A stretch of 64,000 nt of DNA, taken from positions 228,656,001 through 228,720,000 of the forward strand of contig NC_091979.1 in assembly GCF_044704955.1 (NCBI RefSeq), written 5' to 3'. A model generated the notes under the pieces. The model saw only the letters and a program-made list of their open reading frames with translations. It was not told the origin of the DNA and did not search any database. How positions within the stretch are numbered: position 1 is the first letter of the stretch; each line of letters starts with the position of its first letter. Made by a program: the position numbers and the translations under genes. This document shows, one piece after another, positions 50,301 through 61,209 of this stretch. The DNA comes from Pristiophorus japonicus (Eukaryota).

Positions 50301-51987
50301 CTGCAAACTTGTTGATGGTGGCGCAGCCCACAGACTTGTTGATCGTCATGGAAGTGTTTGAAAATGATAAATCACCTGTCACGGCCCACCAGATTAGGAC
50401 TTGGACCAGCCAAGATCCTCTGCTGTCCCAAGTAAAAAACTGTGTACTACATGGGAGTTGGGCCAGCATCCCCGTTGAAATGCAAGAGCCAATCAAGCCA
50501 TTCCAGCGGCAAAAGGACGAGCTGTCCATTCAGGCAGACTGCCTGTTGTGGGGTAACCGTGTAGTGCTACCAAAAAAGGGCAGGGAGACGTTCATCTTGG
50601 ATCTCCACAGCACACACCCGGGTATAGTAATGATGAAAGCGATAGCCAGATCCCACGTGTGGTGGCCCGGTATAATGACTCTGACTTAGAGTACTGTGTA
50701 TGGCAATGCAGCGTATGTGCTCAGTTGAGCAACGCGCCCAGAGAGGCACCACTAAGTTTGTGGTCCTGGCCCTCCAGACCATGGTCGAGGATCCATGGCG
50801 GCTATGCGGGCCCGTTTCTCGGTAAAATGTTCCTGGTGGTGGTGGATGCTTTTTCAAAATGGATTGAATGTGAAATAATATCGGGAAGCACCGCCACCGC
50901 CACCATTGAAAGCCTGAGGGCCATTATTGCCACCCACGGCCTGCCTGACATACTGGTCAGTGACAACGAGCCATGTTTCACCAGTGCCGAATTTAAAGAA
51001 TTCATGACCCGCAATGGGATCAAACATGTCACCTTGGCCCCGTTTAAACCAGCCTCCAATGGGCAGGCAGAGCGGGCAGTACAAACCATCAAACAGAGCC
51101 TTAAACGAGTTACAAAAGGCTCACTCCAAACCCGCCTGTCCCAAGTACTGCTCAGCTACCGCACGAGACCCCACTCACTCACAGGGGTGCCCCTGGCTGA
51201 GCTACTCATGAAAAGGGCACTTAAAACCAGACTCTCGCTGGTCCACCCCAACCTGCATGATCAGGTAGAGAGCAGGCGGCAGCAACAAAATGTAAACGAT
51301 GGTCGCGCCACTGTGTCACGGGAAATTGATCTGAATGACCCTGTGTATGTGCTAAACTATGGACATGGCACCAAGTGGATCATGGGCACGGTGATAGCTA
51401 AAGAAGGGAATAGGGTGTTTGTAGTCAAACTAGACAATGAACAAATTTGCAGAAAGCACCTGGACCAAACGTGGCTGCGGTTCACAGACTGCCCTGAACA
51501 ACCCACAGCAGACACCACCTTTTTTGAGCCCACAACACACACCCAAAGGATCAACGACACCATGCCGGACCAGGAGATCAAACTCATCACGCCCAACAGC
51601 CCAGCAAGGCCAGGCTCACCTAGCAGCCCTACAGGGCCAACAACACACCAGAACAGACATTTGTACCGAGGCGGTCCACCAGGGAAAGAAAGGCTCCTGA
51701 CCGTCTCACCTTGTAAATAGTTTTCACTTTGACTTTGGGGGGGGGGGGAGTAATGTTGTGTATCTGTAAAGTATGCACTCCCATGTTCCGCCACCAGGGA
51801 GCTCATCCGCTGAAGTCCCAAGGGATCCCACCATCCCTTGGGAGCACTGTATATAAGCCGGCCCCTAAGGCCTGTTCCTCACTCTGGAGTGTCTTATTAA
51901 AGACTGAGGTCACTGTTACTTTAACCTCCCTGTGTGCAGTCTCATCTGTGTTAGGAACACAATAGGAATGATACAGAGAAGATTAGC
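47356..51987 (+). pseudogene. U6 snRNA fragment (about nt 15-55) split by the Gypsy insertion
   Basis: AGCAC plus inverted ATATACTAAAATTGGAA on the left and GGAATGATACAGAGAAGATTAGC on the right rebuild the U6 core, including the ACAGAGA box. Confidence 0.85.
47361..51964 (+). mobile_element. Full-length degenerate Ty3/Gypsy LTR retrotransposon (about 210-bp LTRs at ~47379-47588 and 51754-51964)
   Basis: PBS TGGCGACGAG at 47591 (tRNA-Ser-like); gag with CCHC knuckles, protease LDTGA, RT FQDD, RNase H, then integrase; G-run PPT; stops and frameshifts; LTRs about 94-95% identical by eye. Confidence 0.95.
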
Positions 51988-52339
51988 CCATCAGCTGCTG
52001 AAGCCCTCATCCATCACCTCTAGACTTGACTATTCCAATACTCCCCTGGCCAGCCTCCCATGTTCCACCCTGTATACTTGAGCTCATCCAAAACTCTGCT
52101 GCCCATGTCCTAGCTCGCACAAAGTCCCATTCAACCATCACCCCCTGTGCTCACTGACCTACTTCCAGTCCGGTAACGCCATGATTTAAAATTCTCTTCC
52201 TCATGTTCAAATCTCTCCACGGCCTCGCCCCTCCCAATCGCTGTAACCTCCTCCAGTCCCACAACCCCAACCCCCAAACTCTGACTCCAGCATCTTGTGC
52301 TTCATCCCAACCCCTCCCTTCACCCTAGCACTGGCAACT

Positions 52340-52935
52340 GTATGGCTCAGAGACGTGGACCATGTACATTACACACCTCAAATCGCTGGAGAAATACCAC
52401 CAACAATGTCTCCACAAGATCCTGCAAATCCCCTGGAATCAGGCCAACATCCCCAGCATCGAAGCACTGACCACACTCGACCAGCTCTGTTGGGCGGGCC
52501 ACATTGTTCGCATGCCTGACACAAGACTCCTAAAGCAAGCGCTATACTTGGAACTCCTACATGGCAAGCGAGCCTCAGGTGGGCAGAGGAAATGTATCAA
52601 AGATACCCTCAAAGCCTCTCTGATAAAGTGCAACATCTCCACCGACACCTGGGAGTCCCTGACCAAAGACCGCCCTAAGTGGAGGAAGAGCATCCGGGAG
52701 GATGCTGAGCAACTCGAGTCTCATCGCCGAGTACATGCAGAAAGCAAGCACAGGCAGCAGAAGGAGCGTGTGGCAAACCAGACTCCCCACCCATCCTTTC
52801 CCTCAACCACTGTGTGCCCCACCTGTGACAGAGACTGTAATTCCTGTATTGGACTGTACAGTCACCTGAGAACTCACTTTTCGAGTGGAAGCAAGTCTTG
52901 ATTCCTCGATTTCGAGAGACTGCCTGCGATGATAC
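52340..52935 (+). mobile_element. RTE-clade LINE 3' fragment
   Basis: WAGHIVRMPDTRL..CPTCDRDC..GLYSHLRTH. Confidence 0.87.
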
Positions 52936-53208
52936 TGGCAACGAGTCTTCAGCCAACTAGATGGAGCTGCTGAGTGCCATGTTGCTGTTATTTTACCTCC
53001 CCACCCCCCCACCCCCATGCCCTGTCCTAGTTGGGTGGAGGGGTGGGAGGGGTTAAAATCTGGGCTTTAATTGGCCCAGGCTGGTATTTTATGGTTTTTT
53101 CCCCCCCAATATCTTTTGACCTTGTGGGAACGAGGGAGTGAAGTGCCTGGATCCTGTGTTTGGCATTCCCCAGAGTACAGCTGTGCCCTTCACACGTTGT
53201 GGGGATTC

Positions 53209-53263
53209 TATAAAGAGCAGCTGTGAGCAGGACTGGACACACCTGTGACGGAGCGTGTGAGAG
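53209..53263 (+). promoter_or_regulatory. TATA box and putative short non-coding first exon of an unidentified gene
   Basis: TATAAA at 53209-53214; GAG|GTGAGT donor at 53263/53264; CAGCTG E-boxes nearby; unique sequence between repeats. Confidence 0.45.
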
Positions 53264-54551
53264 GTGAGTCACTGTGTCTAATGCTTCGTTCCTTACCGGC
53301 AACATTTGCCACTTCTGCCCATGGCTTAAAGACAGTTACCTTTAAATTCCTAATTGAGGAGATCGGTGTCGGCTTGAGTTCCACAGTCAGAACAGCACCA
53401 CTGGCAGGAGGAGTGCGAACCAGAGGACACAGAATGAAAGTGTTGACAAAAGAACCAGAGGGGGAGATGCGGAAAACGCAGCGAGTTATTGTGATCTGGA
53501 ATGCGCTGCCTGAAAGGGCGGTGGGAGCAGATTCAATAGTAACTTTCAAAAAGCAATTGTGTATACATACTTGAAAATAAAACATTTTCAGGGCTATGGG
53601 GAAAGAGCGGGGGAGTGGGACTGATTGGATAACTCTACCAGAGAGCTGGCACAAGCATGATGGGCTGAATGGCCTCTTTCAGTGCTGTATCATGTTTGGA
53701 TTCTAAGACTTGGAAAGAATGTGAGAGAGAACGAGGCCATTAGAGAAGTAGAGATTAGTGGACAACTAGCATGGGTTTTACAAGCCTGAAGATTTTTTTC
53801 TGTTCAGACTCTCTGGATTGCCTGCTGTGTTGTCTGCCCGGTGCCAGGGTTAAGGACGTCTCCTTTGGGCTGGAGAGAAACTTGGAGTGGGAGGGAGAAG
53901 ATCCAGTTGTCATGGTCCATGTGGGTACCAACGACATAGGTAGGACAAAGAAAGAGGTTCTGCTGAGGGTGTATGAGCAGCTAGGGGCTAAATTAAACAG
54001 CAGAACCACAAAAATAATAATCTCTGGATTATTACCTGAGCCAGGAGCAGGTTTGCCTAGGGTAAATAGGATCAGAGAGATGAATCTGTGGCTCAAAGAC
54101 TGGTGTGGGAGGAATGGCCTTCAATTCATAGGGCACTGGCACCAATACTGTGTTAAGAGTGAGCTGTTCCATGGGACGGACTTCACTTGAATCAGGCTGG
54201 GATCAGTGTGTGTGTGTGTGGTTGGGGGGAACCAGAGTGTGACAGGAAGGGACAGAGCATATACACATAAGACAAAATTAAAAGCTCTGTATCTGAATGC
54301 ACGCAGCATTCATAACAAGATAGATGAGTTGACGGCACAAATAGAAATAAATGGGTATGATCTGATAGCCAATACAGAGTTGTGGTTGCAAGGTGACCAA
54401 GGCTGGGAATTGAATATTCAGGGGTATTTGCCATTTCGTAAGGTTAGGCAGAAAGGAAAAGGAGGTGGGGTAACTCTATTAATAAAGGATGAGATCAGTG
54501 TAGTAGTGAGAAATGATATTGGCTCAGAAGATCAAGATGTAGAATCACTTT

Positions 54552-57500
54552 TGTAAAGTCCTTACTCTACAGTATGAAACCACACGAGTTGTGTACAGAC
54601 CTCCAAACAGTAGTAGTGATGTTGGGGAGGGCATCAAACAGGAAATTAGGGGTGCATGCAAAAGGTGCAGAGGTTATCATGGGTGACTTTAATATGCATA
54701 TAGATTGGGCAAACCAAACTGGAAGCAATACGGTGGAGGAGGATTTCCTGGAGTGCATAAGGGATGGTTTTCTAGACCAATATGTCGAGGAACCAACTAG
54801 GGGGGAGGTCATCTTAGACTGGGTGTTGTGTAATGAAAGAAGATTAATTAGCAATCTCGTTGTGCGAGGCTCCTTGGGAAAGAGTGACCATAATATGGTG
54901 GAATTCTACATTAGGATGGAGAATGAAACAGTTAATTCAGAGACCATGGTGCAGAACTTAAAGAAGGGTAACTTTGAAGGTATGAGGCGTGAATTGGCTA
55001 GGATAGATTGGCGAATGATACTTAAGGGGTTGACTGTGGATGGGCAATGGCAGACATTTAGAGACCGCATTGATGAACTACAACAATTGTATATCCTTGT
55101 CTGGCGTAAAAATAAAAAAGGGAAGGTGGCTCAACCATGGCTATCAAGGGAAATCAGGGATAGTATTAAAGCCAAGGAAGTGGCATACAAATTGGCCAGA
55201 AATAGCAGTGAACCCGGGGACTGGGAGAAATTTAGAATTCAGCAGAGGAGGACAAAGGGTTTGATTAGGGCAGGGAAAATAGAGTACGAGAGGAAGCTTG
55301 CAGGGAACATTAAGACGGACTGCAAACGTTTCTATAGATATGTAAAGAGAAAAAGGTTAGTAAAGACAAATGTAGGTCCTCTGCAGTCAGAATCAGGGGA
55401 AGTCATAACAGGGAACAAAGAAATGGCAGACCAATTGAACAAGTACTTTGGTTCGGTATTCACTAAGGAGGACACAAACAACCTTCCGGATATAAAAGGG
55501 GTCAGAGGGTCTAGTAAGAAGGAGGAACTGAGGGAAATTCTTATTAGTCGGGAAATTGTGTTGGGGAAATTGATGGGATTGAAGGCCGATAAATCCCCAG
55601 GGCTTGATGGACTGCATCCCAGAGTACTTAAGGAGGTGGCCTTGGAAATAGCGGATGCATTAACAGTCATTTTCCAACATTCCATAGACTCTGGATCAGT
55701 TCCTATGGAGTGGAGGGTAGCCAATGTAACCCCACTTTTTAAAAAAGGAGGGAGAGAGAAAACAGGGAATTATAGACCGGTCAGCCGAACATCGGTAGTG
55801 GGTAAAATGATGGAATCAATTATTAAGGATGTCATAGCAGCGCATTTGGAAAGAGGTGACATGATAGGTCCAAGTCAGCATGGATTTGTGAAAGGAAAAT
55901 CATGCTTGACAAATCTTCTGGAATTTTTTGAGGATGTTTCCAGTAGAGTGGACAAGGGAGAACCAGTTGATGTGGTGTATTTGGACTTTCAGAAGGCTTT
56001 CGACAAGGTCCCAAACAAGAGATTAATGTGCAAAGTTAAAGCACATGGGATTGGGGGTAGTGTGCTGACGTGTATTGAGAACTGGTTGTCCGACAGGAAA
56101 CAAAGAGTAGGAGTAAATGGGTACTTTTCAGAATGGCAGGCAGTGACTAGTGGGGTACCACAAGGTTCTGTGCTGGGGCCCCAGCTGTTTCATTTTACAT
56201 TAATGATTTAGACGAGGGGATTAAATGTAGTATCTCCAAATTTGCGGATGACACTAAGTTGGGTGGCAGTGTGAGCTGCGAGGAGGATGCTATGAGGCTG
56301 CAGAGTGACTTGGATAGGTTAGGTGACTGGGCAAATGCATGGCAGATGAAGTATAATGTGGATAAATGTGAGGTTATCCACTTTGGTGGTAAAAACAGAG
56401 AGACAGACTATTATCTGAATGGTGACAGATTAGGAAAAGGGGAGGTGCAACGAGACCTGGGTGTCATGGTACATCAGCCATTGAAGGTTGGCATGCAGGT
56501 ACAGCAGGCGGTTAAGAAAGCAAATGGCATGTTGGCCTTCATAGCAAGGGGATTTGAGTACAGGGGCAGGGAGGTGTTACTACAGTTGTACAGGGCCTTG
56601 GTGAGGCCACACCTGGAGTATTGTGTACAGTTTTGGTCTCCTAACTTGAGGAAGGACATTCTTGCTATTGAGGGAGTGCAGCGAAGGTTCACCAGACTGA
56701 TTCCCGGGATGGCAGGACTGACATATCAAGAAAGACTGGATCAACTGGGCTTGTATTCACTGGAGTTCAGAAGAATGAGAGGGGATCTCAAAGAAACGTT
56801 TAAAATTCTGATTAGTTTAGACAGGTTAGATGCAGGAAAAATGTTCCAAATGTTGGTAAGTCCAGAACCAGGGGTCACAGTCTAAGGATAAGGGGTAAGC
56901 CATTTAGGACCGAGATGAGGAGAAACTTCTTCACCCAGAGAGTGGTGAACCTGTGGAATTCTCTACCACAGAAAGTTGTTGAGGCCAATTCACTAAATAT
57001 ATTCAAAAAGGAGTTAGATGTAGTCTTTACTACTAGGGGGATCAAGGGGTATGGCGAGAAAGCAGGAATGGGGTACTGAAGTTGCATGTTCAGCCATGAA
57101 CTCATTGAATGGTGGTGCAGGCACGAAAGGCCGAATGGCCTACTCCTGCACTTATTTTCTATGTCTATGTCTATGGACCCACTGAACCTCGGCGTCCATC
57201 GATTTGCCCCAAATCATCCTGCCTCAAAGAACCCTCTTCTGGTCCATCCGCCTCATATATTAGTCTGGTTGCAGACTTCCTGCACATTCGAGCTAAGTGG
57301 CCACTGAGATTGCAGTTCCTGCAGGCAAACTGTTGAAATCTGCAAGATCTAGCTGAGTGTTTTCCCCCACACTCCAGCATAAGTTAAAGTTTCCATTGTT
57401 GGGAACAAAGGGACTATGGCCAGGCATTCCGTGCTGACTGTCCCTTTGACTGCTCTTAATTACCCTATTAGTGGGTGTCAATGGCCCCATCCCGGGCCGC

Positions 57501-58476
57501 ATTGTTCACTGTGATGGCGTGAATGTCCGTTCAGCCTGCCATTGTCTCTTTTGAAGTCCTACTCTGGGATCTATTGCTGCCTGGGGAGTGTCGGACTGCC
57601 CCTGCCTGCCTGCGGGGCTCTGAGTCACATTGATGTTGACTACCTGATCCCTCGCCGTGTTAGAGGCAGAATTGCGCGCGTGTGTTATTTTCGTCTCTTC
57701 CTCCCCCGCCCTGAAAGTTTGAGCTATCAACGCCACTGCTTCCAAGGTCAAATCCTTGGTCTCAATTAATTTGCGGAAAATTCCCGCATGACCGATGCCC
57801 TCAATAAAGAAGTCCCTTAGCATCTCCCCCCTGCAGGGGTCTGTGAACTTAGAGGCTGGCCAAACGCCGGAGGTCCGCTGCTCTGTCCTTCACGACGTTG
57901 GTGGGTGTAGAATCTGTGTCGGGCCATATGTATGCTACTTGCCGGTTTGAGGTGCTCCCCGATCAATTTGCTAAGTTCTTCAAAGGTTTTGTCCGCCGGC
58001 TTTTCGGGTGCTAGTAAGTCCTTCATGAGCGCGTAAGTCTTTGGTCCGCAGATGGTCAAAAGATGAGCCCTTTGCTTGTCAGCTGCTGCATCCCCCAGCC
58101 ATTCTTTCGTAACAAAGCTTTGCTGAAGCCTCTCGACAAAATCGTCCCAGTCTTCCCCCAACACAGTACCGTTCCTCTGTGCTACCGGTGGTCATTCTCG
58201 TGGGTCGTGAATTCCCATTTCTCATCGCCAATGTAAAGTCATTCCTCTACAGTATGAAACCACACGAGGCACATTCTGGGGACCAGGTCACTCTGTGACC
58301 TTAACGCTTTATTCACAGGAATCCAAAGACAATGACCCTGCGTGGGACCTCCCTTTTTATACTTGTGTGATCAGGTAAGGACTGTCTCCTAAGTTCACCC
58401 CTTGTGGTCAAGGTGTGCATCTAGGTTGAGTGTATACAGTAATACGTGGTGTTACATTGTGGTTACATACATGACA
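54552..58476 (-). mobile_element. Second Gypsy-type LTR element (5' LTR 58232-58476, gag 57175-58200, 37-bp remnant of the 3' LTR at 54552-54588)
   Basis: TG...CA LTR; PBS TGGCGATGAG; gag (GEDWDDFVERL..., CCHC); 5-bp TSD ACTTT at 54547-54551 and 58477-58481. Confidence 0.9.
54589..57174 (+). mobile_element. CR1 LINE 'B' (5'-truncated, near-complete ORF2) inside the LTR element
   Basis: GDFN, SDH, YRPVS, QHGF, YLDFQKAFDKV and GVPQGSVLGP motifs; 3' (CTATGT)n tail at about 57160-57174. Confidence 0.93.
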
Positions 58477-60469
58477 ACTTTGGGTGGAGATAAGAAATAA
58501 TAAGGGAAATAAGTCACCGGTGGGCGTAGTCTACAGGCCCCCAAACTGTTGCACACTGTTGGACAGAGTATAAATCAAGAAATAATGGAGGCTTGTAAGA
58601 AAGGTACGGCAATAATCATGGGCGATTTTAAACTTCATATTGATTGGACAAATCAAATTGGCAAAGGTAGCATTGAGGAAGAGTTCATAGAGTGTATGTG
58701 GCATGGTTTCTTGGAACAATACATTGTGGAACCAACAGGGAGAAGGATATTTTAGATCTGGTAATATGTAAGGAGTCTGGATTAATTAATGATCTTGTAC
58801 TGAAGGATCCTCTTGGAAAGTGTGATCATAACATGGTAGAATTTCAAATTCAGTTTGAGGGTGAGAAAACTAGGTCTGAAACTAGTGTCCTGAACTTAAA
58901 TAAAGGCAATTACAAAGGTATGAAAGGAGAGTTGGTTAAAGTGGACTGGGAAAATACATTTCAGGGCAAGACTGTAGAAAAGCAAAGAAAACTCTCAGCA
59001 AAGATTTATTCCAGTGAGAAAGAAAGACTCTAAGAGAAGGATGAACCCTCCGTGACTAACTAAGGAAATAAAGGATGGTATCAAATTGCAAACAAAGACA
59101 TACAATGTTGCGAAGGACAGTGGGAGGCCAGAGGATTGGGAAATTTTAGAAATCTGCAAAGGACAAGTAAAAAAAATGATAGAGAGAAGATAGCATATGA
59201 GAGTAAACTAGCAAAAAATGTAAAAACAGATAAGTATTTAAAAAGGAAGAGAGTAGCTAAAGTAAACATTGGTCCCTTAGAGGATGAGACTGGGGAATTA
59301 ATAATGGGAGACTTTGAACAAATATTTTATATCGGTCTTCACAGTAGAAGACACTAAAAACATCCCAATAATTGATAATCAAGGAGCGATTGGGGGGGGG
59401 GGTACTTAAAACAATCAATTAGAGAAAAAGTACTAGGCAAACTAATGGGAATAAGGCGGACAAGGTCCCTGGACCCGATGGCCTGCATCCTAGGGTCTTA
59501 AAAGAAGTGGCTGCAGAGATAGTGGATGCATTGGTTGTAATCTACCAAAATTCTCTGAATTCTGAAGAGGTCCCAGCGGACTGGAAAACCGCAAATGTAA
59601 CGTCCCTATTTAAAAAAGGAGGCAGACAAAAAGCAGGAAACTATAGTCCAGTTAGCCTAACATTTGTCATTGGGAAAATGCTGGAGTCCATCATTAAGGA
59701 AGTAGTAGCAGGACATTTAGAAAAACATAATGCCGTCAAGCAGAGTCAGCATGGTTTTATGAAAGGGAAATCACGTTTGACAAATTTGCTGGAGTTCTTT
59801 GTGGATGTAACGAGCAGAGTGGATAAAGGGGAACCAGTGGATGTGGTGTATTTGGATTTCCAGAAGGCATTCAATAAGGTGCCACGTAAAAGGTTACTAC
59901 ACAAGATAAGAGCTCATGGGGTTGGGGGTAATATATTAGCATGGATAGTGGATTGGCTAACTAACAGAAAACAGAGAGTCTGGATAAATGGGTGATTTTC
60001 CAGTTGGCAAACGGTAACTAATGGGGTGCTGCAGGGATCGGTGCTGGGTCCTCAACTATTTACAATTTATATTAATGACTTGGATGAAGGGACCGAGTGT
60101 AATGTAGCCAAGTTTGCTGATGATACATAGATGGGTGGGAAAACAAATTATGAGGAGGACACAAAAAATCTGCAAAGGGATATAGACAGGCTAAGTGAGT
60201 GGGCAAAAAGTTGGCAGATGGACTATAATGTGGGAAAATGTGAGGTTATCCACTTTGGTAGGAAAAATAAAAAAGCTAATTATTTGCAATTGCAAAGTGC
60301 TGCAGTGCAGAGGGACCTGGAGGTCCTTGTGCATGAAACACAAAAAGTTAGTATGCAGGTACAGCCCGAAAATGTTGATAAAAGAAAGCTGATGTTCGGT
60401 TTCCCAGCGGGGCAGTGTCGGTCTCTGAGGTTCCAGCTCCCAGCCCGCTGGGCTCTATTTCTCTTTCAG

Positions 60470-60518
60470 ATGCTGAGGCTGTGGATTCCGGTCGCCTTCC
60501 TCCTCACCTGGGCCAATG
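60470..60518 (+). CDS. Putative signal-peptide exon MLRLWIPVAFLLTWAN(G) of an unidentified secreted or membrane protein
   Basis: tttctctttcag|ATG ... AATG|GTAAGG: strong acceptor directly before ATG, 49 nt, phase-1 donor, hydrophobic leader. Confidence 0.6.
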
Positions 60519-60764
60519 GTAAGGAGCCAGCACACCTTTCAGCAAGGATTGGTTGCTTTGTGTGGAGATGGTCGAGGTGAAAGTTATCAGCTCCTTCCAC
60601 GGCAGGCACGGGTGGTTCCGGCACTGGATCAAATCCCACCGGGGCAAGATGGAACATTCAGTTCAATAAATCTGCTCATGTAGGCGGCACCAGCAAAGTG
60701 ACCGTGAAAAGTACTCGATTATTGTAAAAACCCAATAACTTCCTGATATCCTGCTGGTTTACTG

Positions 60765-61090
60765 AACTCCCTCTACACTGTCCCATCAAATACTCCCAGG
60801 GCAGGTACAGCACGGGGTTAGATACAGAATAAAGCTCCCTCTACACTGTCCCATCAAATACTCCCAGGGCAGGTACAGCACGGGGTTAGATACAGAATAA
60901 AGTTCCCTCTACACTGTCCCATCAAATACTCCCAGGGCAGGTGTAGCACGGGTTAGATAGAGAGTAAAGCTCCCTCTACACTGTCCCATCAAACACTCCC
61001 AGGGCAGGTACAGCAAGGGGTTAGATACAGAGTAAAGCTCCCTCTACACTGTCCCATCAAACACTTCCAAGGCAAGTATAGCATGGGTTA
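60765..61090 (+). repeat. 67/68-bp dispersed tandem repeat (also at 14220-14450, 15040-15130, 16610-16760, and - strand at 22750-22820 and 34265-34420)
   Basis: Unit ACTCCCAGGGCAGGTACAGCACGGGTTAGATACAGAGTAAAGCTCCCTCTACACTGTCCCATCAAAC. Confidence 0.93.
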
Positions 61091-61209
61091 ACATGGGGGT
61101 AACACAGGCTGATATATTATTACAGATATTGTGATACAGGAAAAGCATCCAAGTTGTACCACCGTGACTAAAAATGATACTATATCATGTGACTCATTCT
61201 AGTAATATT

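Larger units (their letters stand above)
53760..60363 (+). mobile_element. CR1 LINE 'A' with ORF1 SGNH esterase and ORF2 EN/RT, interrupted by the LTR element
   Basis: CLPGARV...HVGTND esterase (53771-54190); YLNARSI endonuclease start; ORF2 resumes at 58482 (WVEIRNNKG..VYRPP) and runs through RT FADD; degenerate. Confidence 0.9.
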
